Notes: generated from the letters alone by a model not told the origin. DNA of 64,000 nucleotides from an uncultured delta proteobacterium (GCA_963828345.1 CAWHEZ010000004.1:64539-128538), one strand, 5' to 3'; positions 48,501 through 59,177 are shown, counted from the stretch's first letter. Made by a program: numbers and translations.

Positions 48501-48605
48501 CACCAGATGGACGAAGTAACCCGAGTTGGCGAGGTCGAGGGTCGCCTGCATGCCGGCGATGCCTCCGCCAACCACCAATACGGAACCGATGGGTTTGCCT
48601 GACAT
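45552..48605 (-). CDS. hdrA: large HdrA-like flavoprotein with two tandem HdrA modules and in-frame UGA selenocysteine
   Basis: ATG 48605 with an AGAGGTG RBS. MSGKPIGSVLVVGGGIAGMQATLDLA...DKTFPTNDCAM-TGA-IISPKLVEVGRHLNVELL, with the TGA at 48426-48428. A second FAD module starts at KALVIGGGVAGMHSALGLA. Several CxxCxxCxxxCP ferredoxin motifs. 1,017 aa if read through. Confidence 0.85.
48393..48410 (-). promoter_or_regulatory. candidate SECIS hairpin for the hdrA UGA
   Basis: 15 nt after the UGA: CUGGUC-GAGGUC-GGCCGG (6-bp stem including two G-U pairs, loop containing GGUC). Confidence 0.55.
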
Positions 48606-48872
48606 AGTCACCTCTTTGGCCGTGGAATGAAGGGGGGGGGTGATGCGCGCATCACCCGGGAGGGGAACCGAGTTGGAAAGGACGATCTCCTGCATGACGG
48701 CGACCGGGATGAGTTGCTCGCGGCAGAACTCCGCGAACGCATCCTGCGCGATCATGTATTTCTTCCCGACGGTGGCGCTCGCCCGCAGCTTGCCGCTGCG
48801 GATCCAGTTGGTGACGGTGTTGCGGTGAACGCCGAGCTTTTCGGCGAGCTGTCCGACGCGGATTTCGATCAT
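48606..48872 (-). CDS. excisionase/MerR-like helix-turn-helix DNA-binding protein; in this assembly it has no stop codon and runs in frame into hdrA
   Basis: ATG 48872 with a GGAGG RBS, overlapping the protease stop (ATGA). MIEIRVGQLAEKLGVHRNTVTNWIRSGKLRA is a classic HTH. No stop occurs before the hdrA ATG at 48605. Removing one G from the G9 run (48632-48640) would create a TGA 2 nt before that ATG. Confidence 0.6.
48638..48657. promoter_or_regulatory. 20-bp perfect palindrome upstream of the hdrA start (candidate operator or RNA stem)
   Basis: GGGTGATGCGCGCATCACCC equals its own reverse complement. It lies 33-52 nt upstream of the hdrA ATG and overlaps the end of the G9 run. Confidence 0.6.
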
Positions 48873-49381
48873 GATTCCTCCGATGCATTTGGCGTGGGTC
48901 CGATGGCCGCCAGGATCCGGGCGCACATGGCCGGAATGGCCCGCTGCATGGGCTCGGACAGCCCGGGCCTCACCTCGGACGGCATGCCGGCCACCTGGGC
49001 GACGAACACGTTGATGTCGACCCGCGTTTCGTCCCGGATCTCCTTGAGCAGGTTGATGCCGGGGAACTGGTGCAGCGCGAAGTCGCAGCGCTTCTCGGGC
49101 CGGATCTGGTCGATGTCGATCTCGCAGATTTCCCCGGGGGTCATCGCACGGGAGTCGGTGACGTCGACGATGATGACCTGCCGCGGCTTGCGCGGTGAGA
49201 GGATGATGTCGAAGAGGATGTCGCGGATGGATGTGCCGCAGTCGATGAGGGCCACGGAGTCCGGCAAGGAGTGGTGCTCTTCGAGATGATGAATGACCGC
49301 CGGTCCGAACCCGTCATCTCCGATGAGGAGATTGCCGCAACCCAGAACGAGGCAATCGTATTCGGCGACCGGCTTGAGCAT
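48869..49381 (-). CDS. hydrogenase maturation endopeptidase (HycI/FrhD/HoxM family)
   Basis: LVLGCGNLLIGDDGFGPAV...LIDCGT and ALHQFPG motifs. Preferred start is ATG 49381 (MLKPVAEY); the track ORF uses TTG 49390. Confidence 0.8.
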   Translation of the reverse strand: MLKPVAEYDCLVLGCGNLLIGDDGFGPAVIHHLEEHHSLPDSVALIDCGTSIRDILFDIILSPRKPRQVIIVDVTDSRAMTPGEICEIDIDQIRPEKRCDFALHQFPGINLLKEIRDETRVDINVFVAQVAGMPSEVRPGLSEPMQRAIPAMCARILAAIGPTPNASEES

Positions 49382-49388
49382 GTTGTGC

Positions 49389-49418
49389 AAATTAGGCCAA
49401 AATCAAAAGCGCTGTCAA
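49389..49418 (-). promoter_or_regulatory. candidate sigma70-type promoter of the Hdr/Mvh operon (possibly leaderless)
   Basis: On the minus strand: TTGACA (49418-49413), 18-nt spacer, TAATTT (49394-49389). The ATG at 49381 lies 7 nt downstream and no Shine-Dalgarno is visible. Confidence 0.3.
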
Positions 49419-49753
49419 GCAGAATTTATGCGATCTGTGCAAAGCCCGGCCTCCGCTTTGTTTTATTGCTCAGCACTTTAGAAAAGCAAAAGTACACAGC
49501 CCGGCTATGATAAGTAGCTAAACAAATTGATATTATTTTTAATTTTTTATTATGAACCTCGTTTATTTTCAGAGTATATGTAAAAGTACTTCGAATCGAT
49601 CGTCAATGTTCGCATGCATTCAATTAAGGAAGGGGTGGGGATTGCATGGGATGAGCGCCGCGCAACACCGGCTCAATTTTAAGGCTCACCCCCGGCGCGC
49701 CGCCCCCCGACTCGCGGCTCGAGCCCTTGCCGGATAGCCGGTCATGCGGCCGA

Positions 49754-52312
49754 TCATCCCCTCCGGGGCTTGCGCCCTTGCGCGCGGCGCGTCGGGAGGG
49801 CGTGCCGTGGATCCTCCGGCCAGGGGTGCTTCGGGTAGCGGCCGCGCAGTTCCTTTCTGACCTCCCGATAGCTCCCTGCCCAGAACCCCGCCAGGTCCGC
49901 GGTCACCTGGACGGGCCGGCCGGCCGGCGAAAGCAGCTGCAGCAGCACCGGTTGCCGGCCGCCCGCGACGCGCGGCGTGTCCGTGCAGCCGAACATCTCC
50001 TGGACGCGCACCGCGAGCACGGGGCTCTCGCCGGAGTAGTCCAGCCGGAGGCGGGACCCGGAGGGGACCTCGACGTGGGTCGGCGCAAGCTCGTCCAGGC
50101 GCCGGCGCTGCGGCCAGGGCAGCAGCGACTCGAGCGCGGCCGCGAGGTCGATCCCCTTGAGCCCGGCCGGCCGCGTCACCCCGCCGACATACGCTGCCAG
50201 CCAGGTTTCCAGGACCGCGCTCAGCCTCTCGTCGCCGACATCCGGCCACTCGTCCCCGCCCAGCACCCGCCGGAGGAAGAGCACGCGCTGCTGCCAGCGC
50301 CGCAGGCCCGGGGTCCAGGGGAGGCATTCGAGACCCATCTCCCGGATCCCCTCCAGCATGGCCAGCGCCACCCGGCCGGGGTCGGCGGCGACGATCGTCT
50401 CGGTCCGCAGGGTCAGTGCCCCCAGGCGCACCGCGCGCTGCGCTACGACCGCGCGGCTGCGCCGGTCCCAGCGGACGATCTCCTCGGGCCGCAGCGTGCC
50501 GCTGAAATCCTCGGGCAGGAAGACCGGGTCGCAGGCGGCCGCGAGAAAAATGCGCGCTTCGCGGCGGTCGCCGTCCAGGTGGGCCGCCACCACGCATTCG
50601 GACGAAGACAGCGGTTCGGGACCCGCGAAACAGGCGCCCCGGCCGTTGGCAAGCAGGTAGCGCCCCGGCTCGCCCGGCCGCCGCAACCCGATCCGGTCGG
50701 GGTAGGCCCAGGACAGGGCGCGGCCGACGTCATCCGCGGCCGACGGACGGCTCGGCCGCCCGGACCGGCCGAGCACGTCCGCGACCTGCACGGCGCGGCG
50801 GCAGGCGGACCGGTCGATGCGGATGCCGCCGGCCTCCGGCCAGCGGCCGGAGCGCGCGGCCGCCATCACCTCCAGGCGCAGCTTCAGGTCCGAGTCGCCC
50901 TGCCCGGGCGGGAACCCGATGAAATCGCGTTCGCTCAGGACGGCCGCGAGGTCGCAGGCCGCCTGCCCCATCCCCAGCTCGCGGGCCCGGAGCACCATGT
51001 GGGCCAGGCGCGGGTGCAGCGGGAGTTCGGCCATGCGTCGTCCGTGCGCGGTCACCCGGCCGCGGCCGTCGAGCGCGGCGAGACCGCCGAGCAGCTCGCC
51101 CGCCTGCCGGCAGGCGGCGGCCGGGGGCGGGTCGAGCCAGCGCAGGCGGCCGGGGTCGTCCACGCCCCAGATCGCGCACTCCAGCACCAGACCCGCCATG
51201 TCGGCCTGCAGGATCTCCGGCGGGTCGAAGGGCCGCAGGCCCCCGTGCTCGGACTCGTCCCACAGCCGGTAGCACACCCCCGGCCCCGTCCGGCCGGCCC
51301 GGCCGCGGCGCTGCTCGGCGGCGGCCTGCGACACCCGCTGCGTCTCCAGCCGGGTCATGCCGCTGCGCACGTCGAAACGCGGCGCGCGCGCCAGCCCTCC
51401 GTCCACCACGACCCGAATGCCTTCGATCGTGAGGCTGGTCTCGGCGATGTTGGTGGCCAGGACGACCTTGCGCCGGCCGGGCGGCGCGGGCGCGATCGCG
51501 CGATCCTGCTCGTCCTTGGAGAGGCTCCCGTAGAGCGGGGCGACGATCCACTCCGGGTCGCGGAGAGCGGCGGACAGCAGCGCGCAGGCTCGGCGGATCT
51601 CCGGCGCGCCCGGGAGGAACGCGAGGATGCTGCCGGTCTCGGAGCGCGCGGCGGCCAACACCGCCTGCGCCACGGCAGCGTCCGGCCGCTCCGCGGCCGG
51701 ACGCCCCAGGTAGCGCGTCTCGACCGGAAACCGGCGGCCCTCGCAGCGGACGACCGGGGCATCCCCGAGCAGCCGGGCAACCGCCTCGCCCTCGAGGGTG
51801 GCCGACATCACCAGCAGCCGCAGGTCGGGATTGAGCACGCCCTGGAGGTCCAGGCACAGCGCCAACCCGAGGTCGGACTCGAGGTGGCGCTCGTGGAACT
51901 CGTCGAAGACGACCAGCCCCACCCCTGCCAGGGCCGGATCCCGCTGAAGCATGCGCGTCAGGACGCCTTCGGTCACCACCTCGATGCGGGTGTCCGGCCC
52001 GACCCGCGTGTCCAGGCGCACGCGGTAGCCGACCGTCCGCCCGACCGGCTCCCCGCGCAGCTCCGCCATGCGCATGGCGGCCGCGCGCGCGGCCAGCCGC
52101 CGCGGTTGCAGCACGAGGATGCGCCGGCCCGCGAGCCACGGCTCGCCCAGCAGGGCCGGGGGCACGAGCGTGGTCTTGCCCGCGCCCGGCGGGGCCTGCA
52201 GCACGACCGCCGGCCCGGCGCGCAACGTCGATGCCAGATCGGCCAGCACGTCCTCGACCGGGAGGCGGTCGGCGGGGGCTTCGGATGTCCGGGCGTCGGT
52301 CAAAGACGTCAC
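49754..52312 (-). CDS. hrpB: ATP-dependent RNA helicase HrpB (DEAH-box)
   Basis: 852 aa. Walker A APPGAGKTT, DEFHERH box, and an HrpB-type C-terminal domain. Confidence 0.9.
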   Translation of the reverse strand: MTSLTDARTSEAPADRLPVEDVLADLASTLRAGPAVVLQAPPGAGKTTLVPPALLGEPWLAGRRILVLQPRRLAARAAAMRMAELRGEPVGRTVGYRVRLDTRVGPDTRIEVVTEGVLTRMLQRDPALAGVGLVVFDEFHERHLESDLGLALCLDLQGVLNPDLRLLVMSATLEGEAVARLLGDAPVVRCEGRRFPVETRYLGRPAAERPDAAVAQAVLAAARSETGSILAFLPGAPEIRRACALLSAALRDPEWIVAPLYGSLSKDEQDRAIAPAPPGRRKVVLATNIAETSLTIEGIRVVVDGGLARAPRFDVRSGMTRLETQRVSQAAAEQRRGRAGRTGPGVCYRLWDESEHGGLRPFDPPEILQADMAGLVLECAIWGVDDPGRLRWLDPPPAAACRQAGELLGGLAALDGRGRVTAHGRRMAELPLHPRLAHMVLRARELGMGQAACDLAAVLSERDFIGFPPGQGDSDLKLRLEVMAAARSGRWPEAGGIRIDRSACRRAVQVADVLGRSGRPSRPSAADDVGRALSWAYPDRIGLRRPGEPGRYLLANGRGACFAGPEPLSSSECVVAAHLDGDRREARIFLAAACDPVFLPEDFSGTLRPEEIVRWDRRSRAVVAQRAVRLGALTLRTETIVAADPGRVALAMLEGIREMGLECLPWTPGLRRWQQRVLFLRRVLGGDEWPDVGDERLSAVLETWLAAYVGGVTRPAGLKGIDLAAALESLLPWPQRRRLDELAPTHVEVPSGSRLRLDYSGESPVLAVRVQEMFGCTDTPRVAGGRQPVLLQLLSPAGRPVQVTADLAGFWAGSYREVRKELRGRYPKHPWPEDPRHALPTRRAQGRKPRRG

Positions 52313-52334
52313 CTCGATTGCGGACGCTCGCGTC

Positions 52335-52460
52335 CAGGGTTCAGGGTGTCGGGGTTCAGAAAAGAGGGCGCAAGGGTTCGGGGTTCAGGGGTCAGCCAAA
52401 AGAACAACGTCGATGCGGGGTCTTGATCTTCCTGAACCCTGATCGCTGAACCCTCTTTTC
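52335..52460. repeat. GGTTCAGGG-type repeat hairpin element
   Basis: The left arm GGGTTCAGGGTGTCGGGGTTCAGAAAAGAGGGCGCAAGGGTTCGGGGTTCAGGGG faces the inverted right arm CCTGAACCCTGATCGCTGAACCCTCTTTTC. Confidence 0.6.
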
Positions 52461-52504
52461 GGTGACGTCATTTCACCGCCACCGGGCCATCCGGACCTGT
52501 TTTA

Positions 52505-52605
52505 GCCTCCCAGCCTCCCAGCCTCAAGCGTTTTTCCCTGCCGGCCCAAACACCCGACACCTAAACCCCCATCCCCCAAACACCAAACACAAAACACCAA
52601 ACACC
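52505..52605. repeat. tandem simple repeats: (CCTCCCAG)n followed by (CAAACAC)n
   Basis: GCCTCCCAGCCTCCCAGCCTC at 52505-52525. CCCAAACACCAAACACAAAACACCAAACACC at 52575-52605 is the reverse complement of the GGTGTTT repeats at 57420-57450. Confidence 0.6.
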
Positions 52606-52714
52606 GGCCCCCCACCCTCTTGCTTTTCAGTGTCAACTTCATTTAGCAAGAACGCTCCATTGGCCCGACACCCCGCCCTGCCCATCTCCGGCGGTCGACC
52701 CCAAAGGAGGAGAC

Positions 52715-55930
<3,216 letters not shown>

Positions 55931-56009
55931 CAAAAGGGCAAGGAGATAATTTCGACCGGCAACGGCGCTTCAGGCCATCACAACCGTCACATCCAATTAA
56001 GGAGCCCCC

Positions 56010-57413
56010 ATGGGCGGAATGTTCGGCATCGCATCCAAGGAAAACTGCGCCGCAGACCTCTTCTACGGCACCGACTACCACTCGCATCTCGGCACCCGCT
56101 ACGGCGGAATGGCCGTGCGCAACCGCACCGGGTTCGAGCGCGCGATCCACACCATCGAGAACAGCTATTTCCGCACCAAGTTCGAATCCGAGCTGCCCAA
56201 GTTCCAGGGCGGCACCGGCATCGGGGTCATCAGCGACACCGACCCGCAGCCCATCTTCATCCGCTCCCACCTCGGCACGTTCGGGGTCGTGACGGTGGGC
56301 AAGATCACGAACATCGACCCGCTGGTGCGGGAGGCCTTCGAGCGGCGCCGCTATTTTTCGGACGTGAACGGCGACAGCATCAACCCCACGGAGCTCGTGG
56401 GGGCGCTCGTCAGCGAGGCGCCCACCTTCGAGGAGGGCATCCGCCGGGCCCAGGAGGTCATTCAAGGGTCCTGCACCCTGCTGCTGCTCTCCGAGACCGG
56501 GCTCTACGCGGCGCGCGACCGCCTCGGCCGCACCCCGCTCGCGATCGGCCGCCGCGAGGGCGCCTTCGCGGTCAGCTCCGAGACCTGCGCCTTCCCGAAC
56601 CTCGGCTTCGAGATCGAACGCTTCGTCGGCCCGGGTGAGATCGTGCGCGTCACCCCCGAGGGGTGCGAAACCCGCGTGCCGGCCGGGCCGCGCATGCAGA
56701 TCTGCTCCTTCCTGTGGGTCTACTACGGCTACCCCGCCTCCGAGTACGAGGGCATCAACGTGGAGCAGGTGCGCAACACCTGCGGCGCGGCGCTGGCCGC
56801 CCGCGACGACGTCGAGATCGACTACGTGGCCGGCATCCCGGACTCGGGCATCGGCCACGCGATCGGGTACGCCACGGCGCGCGGCCTGCCCTACCGGCGG
56901 CCCTTCGTGAAGTACACGCCGACCTGGCCGCGCAGCTTCATGCCCCAGAACCAGCAGATGCGGGACCTCGTGGCGCGCATGAAGCTGATCCCCGTGCGGC
57001 CGCTGATCCGCGACAAGCGGCTGCTCTTCTGCGAGGATTCGATCGTGCGCGGCACCCAGCTGAAGGACACGATCCGGTTCCTCTTCGACTGCGGCGCCCG
57101 CGAGGTCCACATGCGGCCGGCCTGCCCGGTGTTGATCCACCCCTGCGAGTTCATCAACTTCTCGAGCTCGCGCTCGACCCTCGACCTGGCCGGGCGCAAG
57201 GCCATCCAGGACCTGGAGGGCGCGGACGGCGTCCACCTGGAGGAGTACGCCGCGGCCGGGTCGGCCAGGAACACGGCGATGATCGAGGGCATCCGCAGCC
57301 GGCTGCGGCTGACCACCCTGAAGTACCAGCGCCTGGAGGACCTCGTGGCGGCTATCGGGCTGCCCAAGGACAAGCTGTGCACGCACTGCTGGGACGGAAC
57401 TTCCTATTTCTAA
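56010..57413 (+). CDS. amidophosphoribosyltransferase (PurF)-like protein lacking the N-terminal nucleophile Cys
   Basis: 467 aa. Class-II GATase-like N-domain plus a PRTase domain (LLFCEDSIVRGTQ). The position after the initiator reads MFGIAS instead of MCGI. Confidence 0.8.
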   Translation: MGGMFGIASKENCAADLFYGTDYHSHLGTRYGGMAVRNRTGFERAIHTIENSYFRTKFESELPKFQGGTGIGVISDTDPQPIFIRSHLGTFGVVTVGKITNIDPLVREAFERRRYFSDVNGDSINPTELVGALVSEAPTFEEGIRRAQEVIQGSCTLLLLSETGLYAARDRLGRTPLAIGRREGAFAVSSETCAFPNLGFEIERFVGPGEIVRVTPEGCETRVPAGPRMQICSFLWVYYGYPASEYEGINVEQVRNTCGAALAARDDVEIDYVAGIPDSGIGHAIGYATARGLPYRRPFVKYTPTWPRSFMPQNQQMRDLVARMKLIPVRPLIRDKRLLFCEDSIVRGTQLKDTIRFLFDCGAREVHMRPACPVLIHPCEFINFSSSRSTLDLAGRKAIQDLEGADGVHLEEYAAAGSARNTAMIEGIRSRLRLTTLKYQRLEDLVAAIGLPKDKLCTHCWDGTSYF

Positions 57414-57419
57414 TATGCT

Positions 57420-57450
57420 GGTGTTTGGTGTTTGGTGTTTGGTGTTTGGT
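57420..57450. repeat. (GGTGTTT)4 tandem heptamer repeat
   Basis: GGTGTTTGGTGTTTGGTGTTTGGTGTTTGGT, starting 7 nt after the purF-like stop. Confidence 0.7.
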
Positions 57451-57500
57451 AGGATACGGCGCGCGGCGCCACTTTAGCGGCAAGAAGGGTTTTGGTCTTT

Positions 57501-57550
57501 GTGGGAGAGGCTTTCAGCCTCGATCGTCGCGGCTGGAAAGCCGCTCCCAC
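57501..57550. repeat. REP-like palindromic element (GTGGGAG..CTCCCAC)
   Basis: GTGGGAGAGGCTTTCAGCC-TCGATCGTCGC-GGCTGGAAAGCCGCTCCCAC, about an 18-bp imperfect stem. Confidence 0.65.
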
Positions 57551-57630
57551 AGGAAAAAATGCCGACTGACCAGAAAGACGGTTGGTGAAAACTCCGTACC
57601 GGGCGGGCAGGTGCATTTTGAAGATGGGCT

Positions 57631-57670
57631 CCCGCGCAATGCCGGATCACGGCCCGAGACGCCGTTTTTC
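57631..57670 (+). repeat. dispersed repeat, copy 1 (..GGATCACGGCCCGAGACGCCG..)
   Basis: CCGCGCAATGCCGGATCACGGCCCGAGACGCCGTTTTTC. About 35 of 39 nt are identical to the reverse complement of 62284-62321. Confidence 0.6.
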
Positions 57671-57741
57671 CTGAGAGGCGACCCCATGACGGCTCGCAGC
57701 CCGCCCTGCTTTCCCCGGGAGGCCGCCCATTTTCACCCCGT

Positions 57742-57779
57742 TCCCCCTCCCCTTGCGGGAGGGGCCAGGGGAGGGGGAA
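57742..57779. repeat. C/G-tract hairpin (CCCCCTCCCC..GGGGAGGGGG)
   Basis: TCCCCCTCCCCTTGCGGGAGGGGCCAGGGGAGGGGGA, immediately upstream of the next gene's ATG region. Confidence 0.5.
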
Positions 57780-57806
57780 ATCCCCTTCCGATCACGGCAG
57801 GCAACC

Positions 57807-58871
57807 ATGTCAGACCGCAGGAAACCCAGGCTGAGCCTGGCGCCGATGCGCCGGTGGCGGCCGCCCAAGGGGTGGCAGCGCATCACGGCGATCGACCTCC
57901 ACACCGGCGGGGAGCCGTTCCGCGTCATCACGGGCGGGTTCCCGGACCTGGGCGGCGCGACCGTGCTCGAGCGTCGGCGCACGGTGAAAGAGCGCTACGA
58001 CCACCTGCGCACCGCGCTGATGTGGGAGCCGCGCGGCCACGCCGACATGTACGGCTGCCTCGTGACGCCCCCGGTCACCCCGGGGGCGGACATCGGGGTG
58101 CTCTTCATGCACAACGAGGGCTACAGCACCATGTGCGGCCACGGGATCATCGCCGTCACCAAGGTGGTGCTCGAGACGGGGCTCGTGCCGGTCCGCGGCC
58201 CCGAGACGACGGTCCGCATCGACAGCCCGGCCGGGTTGATCACCGCCTGCGCGGTCGTCTCCGGCGGCGCGGTCGAACGGGTGCGCTTCCAGAACGTCCC
58301 CGCGTTCGTGCTGGCGCTGGACGAGACGGTCGCGGTGCCCGGCCTGGGCCGGGTGCGCTACGACCTGGCCTTCGGCGGCGCCTTCTACGCCTATGTCGAC
58401 GCCCAGGCCGCAGGCGTGCGCTGCGTTCCCGAGGATTTCCGGCCGCTGATCGAAAAAGGCATGGCGATCAAGCGCGCCGTCATGTCGACCCGGGACATTC
58501 AGCACCCGTTCGAGCCGGACCTGGGGTTTCTCTACGGGACCATCTTCATCGGCCCGCCGCAGGGGGCCGACGCCCACAGCCGCAACGTGTGCGTCTTCGC
58601 CGAGGGCGAGGTCGACCGCTCGCCCACCGGCACCGGGGTCAGCGCGCGGCTGGCGATCCACCACGCCCGCGGCGAGATCGCCTTCGGCGAGCGCATCGTC
58701 GTCGAGAGCATCATCGGCAGCCGCTTTGCCGGCCGCGTGCTCGCGACGACCGTGTTCGGCCCGCACGCGGCGGTGGTCCCGGAAGTCGAGGGGACGGCCC
58801 ACATCACGGGCCGCCAGGAATTCCTGATCGACCCGGCCGACCCCTTGCGCAATGGCTTCATCCTGAGATGA
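57807..58871 (+). CDS. proline racemase superfamily enzyme of the Cys/Thr type (predicted trans-3-hydroxy-L-proline dehydratase)
   Basis: The first catalytic motif STMCGHG retains Cys. The second reads VDRSPTGTGVSA, with Thr in place of the second Cys. Start chosen at ATG 57807, downstream of the repeat element; the track ORF starts at 57753. Confidence 0.75.
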   Translation: MSDRRKPRLSLAPMRRWRPPKGWQRITAIDLHTGGEPFRVITGGFPDLGGATVLERRRTVKERYDHLRTALMWEPRGHADMYGCLVTPPVTPGADIGVLFMHNEGYSTMCGHGIIAVTKVVLETGLVPVRGPETTVRIDSPAGLITACAVVSGGAVERVRFQNVPAFVLALDETVAVPGLGRVRYDLAFGGAFYAYVDAQAAGVRCVPEDFRPLIEKGMAIKRAVMSTRDIQHPFEPDLGFLYGTIFIGPPQGADAHSRNVCVFAEGEVDRSPTGTGVSARLAIHHARGEIAFGERIVVESIIGSRFAGRVLATTVFGPHAAVVPEVEGTAHITGRQEFLIDPADPLRNGFILR

Positions 58872-58902
58872 CTCGGGGCTTCGGAAAGGCGCCGGTTGGA
58901 CC

Positions 58903-58931
58903 TTGACAGCAAATGGTCCATCCATTATAAA
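58903..58931 (+). promoter_or_regulatory. candidate sigma70 promoter for the second liv operon
   Basis: TTGACA (58903-58908), 17-nt spacer, TATAAA (58926-58931). This implies a leader of about 240 nt before the livK ATG at 59178. Confidence 0.4.
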
Positions 58932-59177
58932 ATCAGCCTCCAATCCGCAGAGCACCCGAATTTCAGAACAGGAAAGCGGCAGAGCCTGCACGGGGCGCGC
59001 CACCGCAGGCCGTCCGACGCCGCCGTCGCCGGGCGCCCTCTCATCGCAGCCGTATCGTGGTTCACCACCGCCCCTCCAGCGGGGAATGGAGGCGGGCGGA
59101 CGCAGCCGGCCGGCGGCAACCGCCGGTTCTCCCCGACTCGACGCATCCACACCCAACCGCACAGAAGGAGGCAGCTC

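Noticed and set aside
48606-48872. Excisionase-like HTH as a marker of a prophage or integrative element.
   Set aside because: No integrase, att-like repeats or phage genes are nearby. The gene is translationally coupled within the hydrogenase/Hdr operon.
57420-57450. Tandem heptamer or octamer repeats (also at 26660-26797, 43530-43610 and 52335-52605) as CRISPR arrays.
   Set aside because: The repeat units are only 7-8 nt, directly abutting with no spacers. No cas genes are present in the window.
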